Positions 1-9,993 of a DNA stretch of 33,568 nt are shown one piece after another. Source of the stretch: Pseudomonadota bacterium. Its GTDB lineage: Bacteria > Bdellovibrionota_C > UBA2361 > OMII01. Position numbers and translations under genes: made by a program. Position 1 is the stretch's first letter, and each line of letters starts with the position of its first letter. The stretch is from positions 134,987-168,554 of the forward strand of contig JAYPVM010000002.1 in assembly GCA_038134595.1 (NCBI GenBank), written 5' to 3'. The notes beneath the pieces are model-generated. The model did not search any database and was not told the DNA's origin. It was given only the letters and a program-made list of their open reading frames with translations.

Positions 1-1345
1 CTAGCTCAACTCCGCCTCTTTGGAGCTTGGGAAAACTAAAAACAGGATCGCAATTAAAGCCGTCTTCTTTATCTCCGACCGCGCAGTATGTCTCCCGCTT
101 TCCCCAATCAACAGTCCAGCCGTACCAGCCTTTCTCTAAGTTCTCGGCTACCGGTAAATTCGCCACATCCTGTATTTGCCTTTTAAGGTTGTTTGCGTGT
201 TGGCTACTCGGTCCACCCGTCGGTTCACAACTGTTGTTTCGACAAAAATTCATCCGATAGACATTAGGCGCCCCGTCGGTAAAGAGTACAACGAAGGTAG
301 GCTCGGTATTGTTCTCGGGAACTCGTTGTAGAGTTTCGATAAGAGCATCACACGGATTAGTCATTCCGCCTGCCGTTAGCGCAGCAATGTTTTCTTTTAT
401 TTGTAGATAATCCCCACTAGCCTCAGCAAATGTTGCTGGCTGATTAATGGTCTTATGGGTTGTTGCAAAATCTATATATCCTATTTCATCTTTTTGGGGA
501 TTAAACATATCGATAAATGAACTGGTAGCCTCAACCAAGCTATCTAATTTGGGGGTGCCGCCGACCTCTTCAGCCATAGAGCCAGAGGTATCAAGAAGAA
601 GAAATATCTTGGCGGGTCTTATCGATCCAGAACTGCGGTTTGGAGTAGATGAGACGGTACATTTTCCTTGGGGGCATAAGGTGTCTGGAAATATATGTCC
701 AAGAGCCCCTGCAAGAGCTCCTAAGAGAAGAGTTTGGACCCTTGATTCTATGCGAATGCTTACGCTTGATTGATCCTCTAGAATTAGAGCTTCTACGGTA
801 AAGCCATTCGAGTTATTGATCCATCCGCCCGTTCCGTTGGATGAGAAATATTTTAAGTCTACCTCCGTGTCTTCGCCTCCAACTGTGTCGCTGGCTGAGG
901 TATCGTCGTCAGGAGGCGGCTTTAACCTATCAACTATATTTTTCATGGTGTTTAGTATCTTTGCGGTGTCTGGCGTGCATCGAGCGTGCCTGCTGTTAAC
1001 GAACGGTCCTGTTGGTTGGCCGCATATCTGACTCCTACTGTTTGCCGCGCAATTGGAACGTCCCGTGCTGCTGGCGGGAGGTCCGCCACTTCTACCAGAT
1101 CCCCCACCAGGGCAGTCGCTGGTTTCGTCGTCTGCGACAAGACTCGCCCACCCATTTAAACTCATCATACTAAGCGCTGTTCCGCTGGCTTCTCGGACCG
1201 CCTTGTCTAGTCTTAGTCGGGTCAGATAGAGGTTTCCTGCATCGAGTACTAACACCGAGAGTCCAAGGAGTACAGGTAGGCTTACAGCAAACATTATGAG
1301 CATTACGCCACGTTGATGATGCTTATTGTCTTTTTGTTTAGTCAT
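1..1345 (-). CDS. TadG-like pilus pseudopilin/adhesin with vWA domain (3' end runs off the window; absent from the ORF track)
   Basis: Manual translation from ATG 1345: MTKQKDNKHHQRGVMLIMFAVSLPVLLGLSVLVLDAGNLYL (Tad prepilin-type RG + hydrophobic helix + D.G..Y), then vWA MIDAS IFLLLDTSGSM, GGMTNP and VVLFTDGAPN. Frame open to base 1; starts 3 nt after the stop of the upstream TadE gene. Confidence 0.85.
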   Translation of the reverse strand, partial: MTKQKDNKHHQRGVMLIMFAVSLPVLLGLSVLVLDAGNLYLTRLRLDKAVREASGTALSMMSLNGWASLVADDETSDCPGGGSGRSGGPPASSTGRSNCAANSRSQICGQPTGPFVNSRHARCTPDTAKILNTMKNIVDRLKPPPDDDTSASDTVGGEDTEVDLKYFSSNGTGGWINNSNGFTVEALILEDQSSVSIRIESRVQTLLLGALAGALGHIFPDTLCPQGKCTVSSTPNRSSGSIRPAKIFLLLDTSGSMAEEVGGTPKLDSLVEATSSFIDMFNPQKDEIGYIDFATTHKTINQPATFAEASGDYLQIKENIAALTAGGMTNPCDALIETLQRVPENNTEPTFVVLFTDGAPNVYRMNFCRNNSCEPTGGPSSQHANNLKRQIQDVANLPVAENLEKGWYGWTVDWGKRETYCAVGDKEDGFNCDPVFSFPKLQRGGVEL

Positions 1346-1348
1346 GGC

Positions 1349-2017
1349 TTAGATCTCCGAGGTTTCTTGGATGGTGATAGTATTATTGGCGGGAGTGGCA
1401 TCTTCAGCGCCGTAGATTGTGCTTAGTGATAAAAACGCAAAGAGCGGCTCTATGTCAAAACTAATTCGTGCTCTAGCTATCCTATTTCGGTTGCAGAGGT
1501 CGGTAGCGTCTGGCGCGGCACCGGTAGCGCCGGCTCCTAACGTAGCCCCCACGTTGGTAAAAAGAGTGTCTGTGGCGGCTGTGCAATCATTAGACACCAG
1601 TTTATCTAGTTCATACCGAAAAACCTCTACAGTCATGTTAAGAGTCAACGTACCTTCATCAGGGGTTGTAATAGATGACGGTTCCAGCTGGGGCCAGGCA
1701 GTACCAAAATCGTCTGCAATTGTATTTAAGCAGGTTTGAATCGCGTCTGTTGTATCAGTAACATCGACGGTTAGGGGATTGGTAGCATCGGGGAGAGCAA
1801 AGATAGTGATGTCAACGCAGTTTTTGTATGCTTGGGTTACAATTTCTCTTGTAACGGCGATGGCTACCTGCCGGGCTTCTATGATCTGGGTGAACCGAAG
1901 TATGTATCCGGTGATAAACAAAATTAGCGGTGCTACCAGGATAAGTTCAAGTAAGATAGCGCCTCGTACGTATCGCTTGTTTGTTTTCTTTATTGTGGCG
2001 TTACTTAAGTTACTCAT
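1349..2017 (-). CDS. TadE/TadF-like pseudopilin
   Basis: N-terminal RGAILLELILVAPLILFI (G|xxxxE prepilin motif plus TM helix); lies between another TadE-like gene and the TadG/vWA gene. Confidence 0.75.
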   Translation of the reverse strand: MSNLSNATIKKTNKRYVRGAILLELILVAPLILFITGYILRFTQIIEARQVAIAVTREIVTQAYKNCVDITIFALPDATNPLTVDVTDTTDAIQTCLNTIADDFGTAWPQLEPSSITTPDEGTLTLNMTVEVFRYELDKLVSNDCTAATDTLFTNVGATLGAGATGAAPDATDLCNRNRIARARISFDIEPLFAFLSLSTIYGAEDATPANNTITIQETSEI

Positions 2018-2045
2018 TGTGTCTTCTTACTTGGCTTTATATGGA

Positions 2046-2609
2046 TTACGTCCCTTGATTCCGTGAAATTCCTGATACCGCACTTACCCGCATGGTAAGT
2101 GGCTCGAGCCCGATGTTTTCTACGACTTTAAAGAAGGGTTTTGTGAAGGTTACCGTCACCCTGGCCAGGTCACCTGCGCCAGCTACCTCGTCGGTGCATG
2201 TAACTCCGTTACACAAATACCGTACTTCAATTGCGGTATCTGGCCAGCTACTATCGCAGGAGGAGGAGGAGCTTGCGGGGACACATGGATGGCAATCGTT
2301 TGTGTTGCCGGGGCACAAGCTTAGACGATTTCCCTCAGCTCCTATCAGGCCTGCCAGTTGTTCTTCCCACGGGTCAGTGCTTTGGGTTTGGTTGAGAAAA
2401 ACTCTCGTTGTCATGTTTGTGACTGAGAATTGAAACGATAGGAGTTGAAAGCAAAATACCAGGAGTTGAAAGGAGGTGAGGATAACTGCCAGAAAAAAGG
2501 GGAGACCCACAGCCGCTTCAACGGCGACGGCACCCCTTTGTTCATCTTTAGATGAACGAGCGGGTGCCGTTTTTACATCGGTGTTCGTGCGGGTTTGTAG
2601 ATAATCCAT
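2046..2609 (-). CDS. TadE-like pseudopilin
   Basis: EQRGAVAVEAAVGLPFFLAVIL prepilin motif; C-terminal AGDLARVTVTF typical of TadE; Cys-rich middle. Confidence 0.8.
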   Translation of the reverse strand: MDYLQTRTNTDVKTAPARSSKDEQRGAVAVEAAVGLPFFLAVILTSFQLLVFCFQLLSFQFSVTNMTTRVFLNQTQSTDPWEEQLAGLIGAEGNRLSLCPGNTNDCHPCVPASSSSSCDSSWPDTAIEVRYLCNGVTCTDEVAGAGDLARVTVTFTKPFFKVVENIGLEPLTMRVSAVSGISRNQGT

Positions 2610-2771
2610 ACCAATGTTGGAAGTCGGTGTTTTCTGGAATGAACTTGAGAAGATTTTTAATTGCAGAAAAATAGTAATTATTACAAAAGGTTAAGCAGCC
2701 TATTTTCTGAGCTACTTGAAGACTGGGGTGTATCGACCCCGGTGGGCAAGATAGTGTAGAGTGAGCTTGCG

Positions 2772-3581
2772 ATGAGTGATAACCCCTTAGGAAAATCTGT
2801 AAGTTATACCGACCGGTATTCGCCGGAGCTGTTGTTTCGTATTCCACGGAGTAAGGGACGGATAGGGCTTGGGATAAAAGCCCCAGTTTCTTTTGATGGC
2901 GTTGATAGATGGTCGTGCTATGAGGTGTCTTGGATTGGCAGTCACGGAATCCCCCAAGTTGGGATAGCAACGATATCATACTCCGCTAGGTCTGAGTGGA
3001 TCGTTGAGTCAAAGAGTTTAAAGCTCTACTTGGGAAGTCTTAACTTTAAAGTGTTTGAGAGTGTTTCAGTAGTAGAAGAATTGATTCGAAACGATTTGGA
3101 GTCGGTTCTTGGTGCAGATTCGCAGCTTTTGGTCTCGGTTTTACTCCCGTCAGAGTGGTCTTCTCAGAAATTGGTGCTACCTGATGAGCAGTGTATTGAT
3201 CAGTTGGTAATCGAGCGCGAGGCTCCGGCGCGGCTTGTATGCCAGAATGAGGTGGTTGAAGAAGGATTGTACTCGAATCTTTTACGCTCGTTGTGTCCGG
3301 TAACATCGCAACCTGATTGGGGGACGATACGCATTGTATATCGCGGCAAACGACTTCAGCCAGAGTCGCTATTAGCGTACCTGTTGGCACACAGAAGTTA
3401 TGAGGGATATCACGAGGAGTGTTGCGAGCGAATCTTTAGCGCAATTGAATCTTGTTGCTCCCCAGAGAAGCTTTGGGTAGGTTGTTACTATACAAGACGG
3501 GGAGGTATCGACATTAACCCTGAGCGTTGGTTAAACAGCACTTCACGACCGACAATAACGGGTCGGTTGCCACGTCAATAG
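2772..3581 (+). CDS. queF: NADPH-dependent 7-cyano-7-deazaguanine reductase (bimodular QueF)
   Basis: IVESKSLKLYL QueF motif, LLRSLCPVTSQPDWG catalytic Cys/Asp, HEECCERIF, YTRRGGIDINP. Confidence 0.96.
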   Translation: MSDNPLGKSVSYTDRYSPELLFRIPRSKGRIGLGIKAPVSFDGVDRWSCYEVSWIGSHGIPQVGIATISYSARSEWIVESKSLKLYLGSLNFKVFESVSVVEELIRNDLESVLGADSQLLVSVLLPSEWSSQKLVLPDEQCIDQLVIEREAPARLVCQNEVVEEGLYSNLLRSLCPVTSQPDWGTIRIVYRGKRLQPESLLAYLLAHRSYEGYHEECCERIFSAIESCCSPEKLWVGCYYTRRGGIDINPERWLNSTSRPTITGRLPRQ

Positions 3582-3630
3582 TGACAGTTTTGTTTGTTTG
3601 TAAAACTAGAGCTCAAAAGTGGTGTTTGCC

Positions 3631-4653
3631 TTAGGCCGCTACCGTAGTCTCACAGGTGCTGTGCTCTCTAAAGTGCATGCCTAATCGTTCCATGAGTTTT
3701 GTATCGTGGTCTTCTCCCGGATTCGGCGTTGTAAGTAGCTTTTCCCCAGCAAAGATAGAGTTTGCCCCTGCTACAAAACAGAGAGCTTGCATCTCATCGC
3801 TCATCTCCATGCGCCCTGCAGACAGTCGTACCATTGAGGTAGGCATCATGATACGCGCTGTTGCTATCATGCGAACAAAATCAAGTGGATTGATCTGCGC
3901 TTCCTCTGCCAGCGGCGTGCCTTCGACTTTTACAAGCATATTAATAGGAACGCTTTCGGGATGCTTCTCTTGATTAGCAAGCTCGACGAGCAGACCTAAT
4001 CGATCGGTAGTTTTTTCTCCCATGCCAACGATACCCCCACAGCAGACAGTCATACCTGCGTCGCGCACGTTTTTGAGTGTGCGGAGTCTATCTTCGTAGG
4101 TTCGGGTGGAGATAATATCACCGTAGTACTCAGGAGATGTGTCTAAATTATGGTTGTATGCGTAGCAACCCGCTTCTTGGAGCCGTTGGGCCTGAGATTC
4201 ATTGAGCATTCCCAGGGTGCAACAAACCTCTAGATCGAGCGACCGCACCTCTCGAACGAGTTCCAGAATAGCATCGAAATCCTTGCCGTCTTTTACCTCT
4301 CTCCAGGCGGCACCCATACAAAATCTAGTAGAACCTGATTCTTTTGCTTGAAGTGCCTTGTTGCGAACGACCTCTTTTGGAAGCACTCCGTGTCGCTCAA
4401 CACCAGTATTGTAGTGGGCGCTCTGAGGGCAATAAGCGCAATCCTCTGGGCACCCTCCTGTTTTCACAGAGAGGAGTGTAGAACGCTGAACCTCAAGTGG
4501 ATCAAAATGTGTGCGGTGTACGGTTTGAGCTTTGTATAACAGCTCTGGAAATGGTGAGTTGTAAAGGGCGTTTGCTTCTTCAGCGGTCCAGTCGTGTCGG
4601 AGCTTGTCGGTTGCTACGGTTGTGGAAGCACACGTTGATGGGTTGTTATTCAT
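3631..4653 (-). CDS. bioB: Biotin synthase (radical SAM)
   Basis: [46 protein letters not shown]. Start moved to ATG 4653 (GAGGTG RBS), which removes the overlap with the divergent HAD gene. Confidence 0.97.
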   Translation of the reverse strand: MNNNPSTCASTTVATDKLRHDWTAEEANALYNSPFPELLYKAQTVHRTHFDPLEVQRSTLLSVKTGGCPEDCAYCPQSAHYNTGVERHGVLPKEVVRNKALQAKESGSTRFCMGAAWREVKDGKDFDAILELVREVRSLDLEVCCTLGMLNESQAQRLQEAGCYAYNHNLDTSPEYYGDIISTRTYEDRLRTLKNVRDAGMTVCCGGIVGMGEKTTDRLGLLVELANQEKHPESVPINMLVKVEGTPLAEEAQINPLDFVRMIATARIMMPTSMVRLSAGRMEMSDEMQALCFVAGANSIFAGEKLLTTPNPGEDHDTKLMERLGMHFREHSTCETTVAA

Positions 4654-4720
4654 AATCACCTCACTAATACTTACCGTGTAGTTGTAGCGCATTTTAGGAA
4701 CTGGGTACAGGGAGGAGTAA

Positions 4721-5335
4721 ATGTCTGATATTTCATGGATTCTTTTTGATCTCGGAGGGGTTTTGGTCGAGATAGAACACGAGAGGATATTTGCATCGAT
4801 TGCGTCGGTTATGAAAACTGATCCAGCCAAGGTCAAGGCAAAGATATACGCCGAACCCGCGTTGTGGCATCACTTTATCCGTAACGAGTGGAGTGATGCT
4901 CATCTGACTGGTGAGGTTAATCGGCTATTGGGCTCAAACCTTCCTCAAAGAGAGGTTGTAGCCGCCTTTAACCGAGAACTTGGATCGGGTATTGAATCGA
5001 CGATAGCAGTCCTTCCCAACCTGTTGGAGCGAGTGAATGTGGGATGCCTTTCGAACACCAACTCCATTCACTGGCGGTATCTACACGAGACGTTTTCATT
5101 TATGAAGCTCTTCGAAGTCCAATTCGCTTCTCAGGAGCTTGGCGCGGCGAAACCCGATTCTGAAATATATCAGATCGTCGAACAGCGGCTCGATGTAGCT
5201 GGAAGAGAGATTTTGTTTTTTGATGACCGATTTGAAAATGTCGAGGCGGCTCGAGGCCGGGGATGGAGTGCGTATCTTTACTCGGGGCATGAATCTCTGA
5301 TTGCCGCACTCGGGAAACATGGCTTTTCAATGTAG
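4721..5335 (+). CDS. HAD-superfamily phosphatase (YihX-like)
   Basis: LFDLGGVL motif I, LSNTN motif II, KPDSEIY motif [12 protein letters not shown] motif IV; GGAGGAG RBS. Confidence 0.9.
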   Translation: MSDISWILFDLGGVLVEIEHERIFASIASVMKTDPAKVKAKIYAEPALWHHFIRNEWSDAHLTGEVNRLLGSNLPQREVVAAFNRELGSGIESTIAVLPNLLERVNVGCLSNTNSIHWRYLHETFSFMKLFEVQFASQELGAAKPDSEIYQIVEQRLDVAGREILFFDDRFENVEAARGRGWSAYLYSGHESLIAALGKHGFSM

Positions 5336-5356
5336 CTCAATATAGAGATGTATCGT

Positions 5357-6340
5357 CTACACGAGCCCCTTTCTTCGCATATCTGCAAACGCCTCGGCAA
5401 AATAGGTAATGATGATATCAGCACCTGCCCTTGTGATGCTCGTAAGGACCTCGACCATTACCTTGTGCTGGTCTAGCCATCCTTTCTGAGCGGCGGCCAT
5501 CACCATCGCGTATTCTCCGCTTACGTTGTAGGCGGCGGTTGGAACATTAAATGTCGCCTTAACTTCGCGAATAACATCGAGGAATGAAAGAGCTGGTTTG
5601 ACCATGATGATATCTGCACCTTCCTCAATGTCGAGTGCTACCTCTCGGAGCGCCTCTGCGCCGTTACTTACATCCATCTGGTAGCTTTTTCTGTCGCCGT
5701 ATTCGGGCGCAGATTCTACAGCCTCTCGAAAGGGGCCATAAAATGCAGATGAGAATTTTGCCGCGTAGCTCATGATTGGCAGATTTTCGAAGCCGCACTC
5801 GTCTAGTCCGTGTCGAAGAGCACCAACCATACCATCTAACATCCCACTTGGTGCGATGATATCGGCACCACTTTCAGCATGGACGCGTGCTTGCCTTACC
5901 AAATTCTCGAGCGTGTGGTCGTTGTCAAGATGTCCATCTTTCATCACGCCGCAGTGTCCGTGTGAGGTGTACTCACAGAAACAGAGGTCGGTGGTTACAA
6001 CCATCTCGGGAACCTGTCGTTTGATGGCAGAAATTGCCTTCGGGATAATTCCGTCCTCCTGCCAAGCAGAGGACCCTATGTCGTCTTTGTGTTCGGGAAT
6101 AGCAAATAGAATTGTAGAACGAATTCCCATGTCGAAGAGTTGCGACGCTTTTTCTACAGCCGTATCGATACTCATCTGATATTGCCCCGGCATAGAGCTA
6201 ATCTCTTTGGTGAAGTTGGTGCCCGGAACGACAAACAGAGGAGCCATGAGCTTCTCAACCTGTACGGTGGTTTCTCGCACCATGTCTCTTAGGGCAGCTG
6301 AACGCCGAAGTCTGCGAAGGCGATTGTGTGGAAATGACAT
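5357..6340 (-). CDS. hemB: Porphobilinogen synthase (delta-aminolevulinate dehydratase)
   Basis: RLRRLR start, [14 protein letters not shown]n site, [34 protein letters not shown]. Confidence 0.98.
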   Translation of the reverse strand: MSFPHNRLRRLRRSAALRDMVRETTVQVEKLMAPLFVVPGTNFTKEISSMPGQYQMSIDTAVEKASQLFDMGIRSTILFAIPEHKDDIGSSAWQEDGIIPKAISAIKRQVPEMVVTTDLCFCEYTSHGHCGVMKDGHLDNDHTLENLVRQARVHAESGADIIAPSGMLDGMVGALRHGLDECGFENLPIMSYAAKFSSAFYGPFREAVESAPEYGDRKSYQMDVSNGAEALREVALDIEEGADIIMVKPALSFLDVIREVKATFNVPTAAYNVSGEYAMVMAAAQKGWLDQHKVMVEVLTSITRAGADIIITYFAEAFADMRRKGLV

Positions 6341-6792
6341 AATGATTCTTTACTTTCTACTAGTTAGCTTGAGTATTGTGATCTCTTGTTTGCTTCATGT
6401 AAGAGTCTTCGTAGAGGCAAAACTAGCTGAAAATAGGACTAAATTCAAGGTGTTGTAAGTTGTGTTAGTTTTTGGGGTTTTGTCAGTATGTTACTTGCCT
6501 TTGATCTCTCCACCACACGATGAAATAAAAAAAGTTGTGTTTGAATCAGAAATTGCAATTCAACGGTTTGCGAAGGTCTTGCCGGTCAAGTATTGGGGCG
6601 CGCAAGCCAATTCGTACTTTATTCTTTTGGTGGTTATGCCAAACTACAGGCTATGGTTTAAGAGTCACTCTTAATCAGTGGTAAAGAAGGCTATGTATCT
6701 GTTTTAGCGCCGCGTATTGGTTCTCCAAGGAGAGGCTATCGGCTTGTATCGTTTTGGGCGGGGGGTTGAACAGATGTGCGTACCACAAGAAA

Positions 6793-6825
6793 TTAGGCAA
6801 CTTGTTTGTGATAGTTTCGATTACC
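6793..6825 (+). promoter_or_regulatory. Candidate alternative-sigma promoter, copy 1 (GCAACTT-N14-CGATTACC) upstream of the sigma factor gene
   Basis: TTAGGCAACTT gtttgtgatagttt CGATTACC; same boxes and spacing recur at 9967-9993 and 12364-12396. Confidence 0.6.
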
Positions 6826-6898
6826 GTATTGTCGATAGTGTATGTGTCCTGTGGTCATGTACATAAATTTTTACGGGTTCATTGTGGGGAGGATATGA

Positions 6899-7681
6899 AT
6901 GCCGGATTCAGTATCTAAAAATGTGCGACGAACGAACACGGAATCAAAGGATGGTTCGGACGCCAGCCGAGGTCGAGCAAGAAGCGAGAAGACCGTGCTG
7001 CGAAATACCCTTGTTGTTGAGTACCAAGGCTTTGTTGAAGTCGTCGTTACCCGCCTTATTCGCTCGATGGGCCTTCCTGTTTCAATGAAAGAAGATTTTA
7101 TTTCGGCAGGATACGTCGGCCTAGTAGAAGCCGCAGGAAGATTTGATGCTAATCGTGGCTATGAATTTAAGACCTATGCCTACCAGCGCATTCGGGGGGC
7201 AATTATAGACCATATTCGCTCCTCGTGCGACCTGAAGGGATACGCGTACAAGAAATTAAAGGCTCTTGAGGCGGCATGTGAAATACGCGACGTAATGGTA
7301 GAGGAGTCAGCCGATAAAGCCAAAACAAGGGAGCAACGAACCCAAGGAGCGGTCGACTATCTTCAGAAAGTAGCGGTTGGATTTACTCTGGCGGTACAGA
7401 ACGATGACCAGGAAGCTAATGCTCCAGAGCAGGAGAAGCAGGATCCTGAGCGGATTCTTGATAAAAAACGCCAATTTTTAAAAATTAGAGAGATCATAGC
7501 AACTTTACCCGAGAAAGAGCGAACTATTATTGAACAGTATTACTTTCGAGATAAGAAGTTCGTAGAGATCGCCACGAACTTCGGCGGATTCTCGAAGTCA
7601 TGGGTATCGAGGTTACATGATAGGGCGCTGGAGATGTTACGGTCAAAGATTGCAGAGAGCTGTCAGGACATGGCGGCTTAG
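6899..7681 (+). CDS. Sigma-70 family RNA polymerase sigma factor, FliA/WhiG-like
   Basis: Region 2 EDFISAGYVGLVEAAGRFDANRGYEFKTYAYQRIRGAIIDHIR; region 4 LPEKERTIIEQYYF...SKSWVSRLHDRAL; GGAGG RBS. Confidence 0.92.
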   Translation: MPDSVSKNVRRTNTESKDGSDASRGRARSEKTVLRNTLVVEYQGFVEVVVTRLIRSMGLPVSMKEDFISAGYVGLVEAAGRFDANRGYEFKTYAYQRIRGAIIDHIRSSCDLKGYAYKKLKALEAACEIRDVMVEESADKAKTREQRTQGAVDYLQKVAVGFTLAVQNDDQEANAPEQEKQDPERILDKKRQFLKIREIIATLPEKERTIIEQYYFRDKKFVEIATNFGGFSKSWVSRLHDRALEMLRSKIAESCQDMAA

Positions 7682-7733
7682 TATACACGTAGCCAGCCTT
7701 ATTCCTCCTTGGAAGTTGGCGCATCTACGAGCG

Positions 7734-8591
7734 ATGAGGGCTATCAGTGGGCTGGTTCTCTTGTGTGTTGTTAGTGCCTGCGATGAACAAATCCTCCACG
7801 ATTTAAGTGAGCATGAAGCTAATAAGGTCCTTAGTAGATTGCATATTGGAAGTCTCTCTGCCGAAAAGATCCTCCAATCCGATGGACGTTGGGCGATAGC
7901 AGTAGATGAGAGTCAGGTAGTCCCAGCACTTACATTCTTAGATTCCAACAGGGTGTTAGCTCAGAGAACCTCGAATGCCCCTTCTGCTTCAAAGGGGGGT
8001 ATTGTGCCGAGCCGCGAGGAGCAGTGGTTTCGATACGAGCGTTCCGTTGCGGTGTCAATTGAAGAGAGCTTGAGCACAATACGGGGTGTTTTAGAGGTTA
8101 GAGTCCATCTTAATCTTCCCGAAAAGGACCCCTTATTTGGAACAAAATCTAAGGAAACTGGTTCCGGATCGGTCTTATTAGTAGTTGATGACCGATATGA
8201 GGCTACCGCAAGTGATGTCGCTCGATTGGTCTCTGGAGCCGCTGGTATTCCTGATTCACATATTAGTGTGCTCCAGAGTAGGCACGCCCAGTCCGAACAA
8301 TCTAGTCGCTCCGACGAAGAGGTAAAGCCGCTCGAAAATCCTCCTTCTAGTGAAGACCTTGTGAGCATTCCGAGGATAACGCAAGAGTCATCCATAGAAC
8401 TTGCTACCAAGAATGCGGCAGGAAGCACGCCATCTTTTGAACTCGGTTGGCGAATACCGTGGTATCCGTGGGGAGCGCTTCTTGGGTTAGTTGTTCTTAT
8501 CGCTACGCTTGCTTTCCAGCTTCGAAAGAAACGTGGAGTCCGTTTCCAGTTGCCGAATAGCGATAATGTCATAGAAGAAGAGGAGTCGTAG
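7734..8591 (+). CDS. sctJ: Type III secretion inner-membrane ring lipoprotein, SctJ/YscJ family
   Basis: Lipobox VVSAC then DEQILHDLSEHEANKVLSRL, GIVPSREEQ, IEESLSTIRGVLEVRVHLNLP, SGSVLL, VARLVSGAAGI, C-terminal TM followed by RKKR. About 285 aa, too short for FliF. Start at ATG 7734 inferred from signal-peptide length. Confidence 0.85.
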   Translation: MRAISGLVLLCVVSACDEQILHDLSEHEANKVLSRLHIGSLSAEKILQSDGRWAIAVDESQVVPALTFLDSNRVLAQRTSNAPSASKGGIVPSREEQWFRYERSVAVSIEESLSTIRGVLEVRVHLNLPEKDPLFGTKSKETGSGSVLLVVDDRYEATASDVARLVSGAAGIPDSHISVLQSRHAQSEQSSRSDEEVKPLENPPSSEDLVSIPRITQESSIELATKNAAGSTPSFELGWRIPWYPWGALLGLVVLIATLAFQLRKKRGVRFQLPNSDNVIEEEES

Positions 8592-8932
8592 TGATGGAAA
8601 ATTGGGTCGGTGGCTTTATAGATAACTTGTTTTCAAAACGCCGCTCCGGGGTTTCAAATTTTGATTGGAATAAAACCCGTAGTGAAAGGGTGTTCGATGA
8701 ACAGGAGGCACAAAGGCAAGCCCTGGTGGCAACGGCGAATCGGGTGCACTGGTTGTCAGCGGTTTGTTACGTGGAGCAGGTAGAGCCTCAAGCGCTTCGA
8801 TTGACTCCTAAGCTCCATGAACGGGTGGTTGGAGAGCTCCAAGAGCTGGCAGAGTTTGATGGATTCGCTACCTATGCGGAACTTTTAACACGCTTTGACC
8901 GTGTCAAGGACTCGGAGATAGCCTGTGATTGA
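8591..8932 (+). CDS. Hypothetical protein, translationally coupled between sctJ and the sctQ-like gene
   Basis: Start overlaps the sctJ stop (TAGTG) and stop overlaps the start of the next gene; no recognisable motif. Confidence 0.6.
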   Translation: MMENWVGGFIDNLFSKRRSGVSNFDWNKTRSERVFDEQEAQRQALVATANRVHWLSAVCYVEQVEPQALRLTPKLHERVVGELQELAEFDGFATYAELLTRFDRVKDSEIACD

Positions 8933-9773
8933 GGTGATAAACCGAGAGGAGCTTATTGGGGATGGGGTGCGAAGGCCATTTATCGATACCCTTATAAGAA
9001 GTGTTACGAGGGGGAAGGCTCCTTTGTATGTCAAGAGGAGTGATGCTAGCGATCAAACCTGTCAATCGAATTGGATCGTCGTTCGTTCATCTGAAGAGTC
9101 GGGCTTTGCTGTGCACGTTGGCACGCTTTTGCCGGCTAAGAGTCAATTGCGGCAACGGGTTAATTACGTCCATGTTGCGCAGATATTAGCAAGTAACTTT
9201 GGAACCTCTGACGAACACTATCAGGTAACGGAGGAGACATCTGCGCCAGCTGATTGGATATGGTACCGAGTTGCCATGGCGGAGGGTAGATTTCTTTGCG
9301 CGGTATCGCCGCAAATGCCGGCACTCTCTTTTCTCGGTCTTCAGGTGGCTCCGAGACTTCAAACCGTACGCGTTCCCCTTTCCATTCGTGGGCTTGTATC
9401 GGAGGTTTGTCGAAAACAGAAATACGAGAAGGGAGATCGTATACGGGTGTTTTATCTCTCGGGTTTCATGGAAGGAAACTTTGATTGGATGAAAGTGGTC
9501 TCTAAAGAGGAGGGAAATATGAGTATACAGATAGAGCAGCGAGATGATTCGAAGGTCGCGGAGTCAGATTCATTTGGTGTGCGTCTTGATCTCGGTGAGG
9601 TAAATCTTTCGCTCGAAATGTTATCGGCTCTTCGCGCTGGAACAACGCTTGAGCTCGACGCACATTTCCCGATGGAGTGTTTTTTGAGCATCGGCGCTAC
9701 CACCCTTGCTAAGGGCGTAGTGAGGCCGTGTGATACAGGCCTAGAGGTTGAGATTGTTGACCTCTTAGCCTAA
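8925..9773 (+). CDS. SctQ/FliM-FliN-like C-ring protein with C-terminal SpoA domain
   Basis: C-terminal VRLDLGEVNLSLEMLSALRAGTTLELD...LAKGVV...GLEVEIVDL matches the SpoA pattern; T3SS context. Confidence 0.75.
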   Translation: MIEVINREELIGDGVRRPFIDTLIRSVTRGKAPLYVKRSDASDQTCQSNWIVVRSSEESGFAVHVGTLLPAKSQLRQRVNYVHVAQILASNFGTSDEHYQVTEETSAPADWIWYRVAMAEGRFLCAVSPQMPALSFLGLQVAPRLQTVRVPLSIRGLVSEVCRKQKYEKGDRIRVFYLSGFMEGNFDWMKVVSKEEGNMSIQIEQRDDSKVAESDSFGVRLDLGEVNLSLEMLSALRAGTTLELDAHFPMECFLSIGATTLAKGVVRPCDTGLEVEIVDLLA

Positions 9774-9966
9774 GGGGAGGGTTCGATTCTAGGACAAGAG
9801 GCTAGGGAAAGAGGTGTTTCGTAGGCACCGACTCGCCATTGGTATTCAAGTAGCACTATCGTTTGCTAACCAGCGTACTTTTCGCTGGTTTTCAGTGGGC
9901 CTTTGCTTTGATGGTCTGGCTATCAGATCTTTTTGGGTTGTTTGAGGATATTTCATCTTCAAAGCA

Positions 9967-9993
9967 GAAACTTTTAAAGAAATGTTTCGATAC
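9967..9993 (+). promoter_or_regulatory. Candidate alternative-sigma promoter, copy 2 (GAAACTT-N14-CGATAC)
   Basis: GAAACTT ttaaagaaatgttt CGATAC in the intergenic gap, about 90 nt upstream of ATG 10086. Confidence 0.5.

Noticed and set aside
2621..2648. TCAAGTT...ACCGACTT on the minus strand before tadE, as a fourth promoter copy
   Set aside because: Spacer is one base longer and both boxes mismatch; too weak to claim
4654..4836. N-terminal extension of bioB in the ORF track
   Set aside because: Overlaps the divergent HAD gene; a good RBS and the expected BioB length support ATG 4653
6462..6674. 70-aa ORF in the hemB-sigma intergenic region
   Set aside because: GTG start, no RBS or motif; the region is better explained as divergent regulatory DNA
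7961..8572. 203-aa minus-strand ORF and similar antisense ORFs throughout the window
   Set aside because: Fully antisense to well-supported genes and without recognisable motifs
9775..9800. GGTTCGATTCT, resembling a tRNA T-loop
   Set aside because: No T-stem, acceptor stem or cloverleaf can be formed around it
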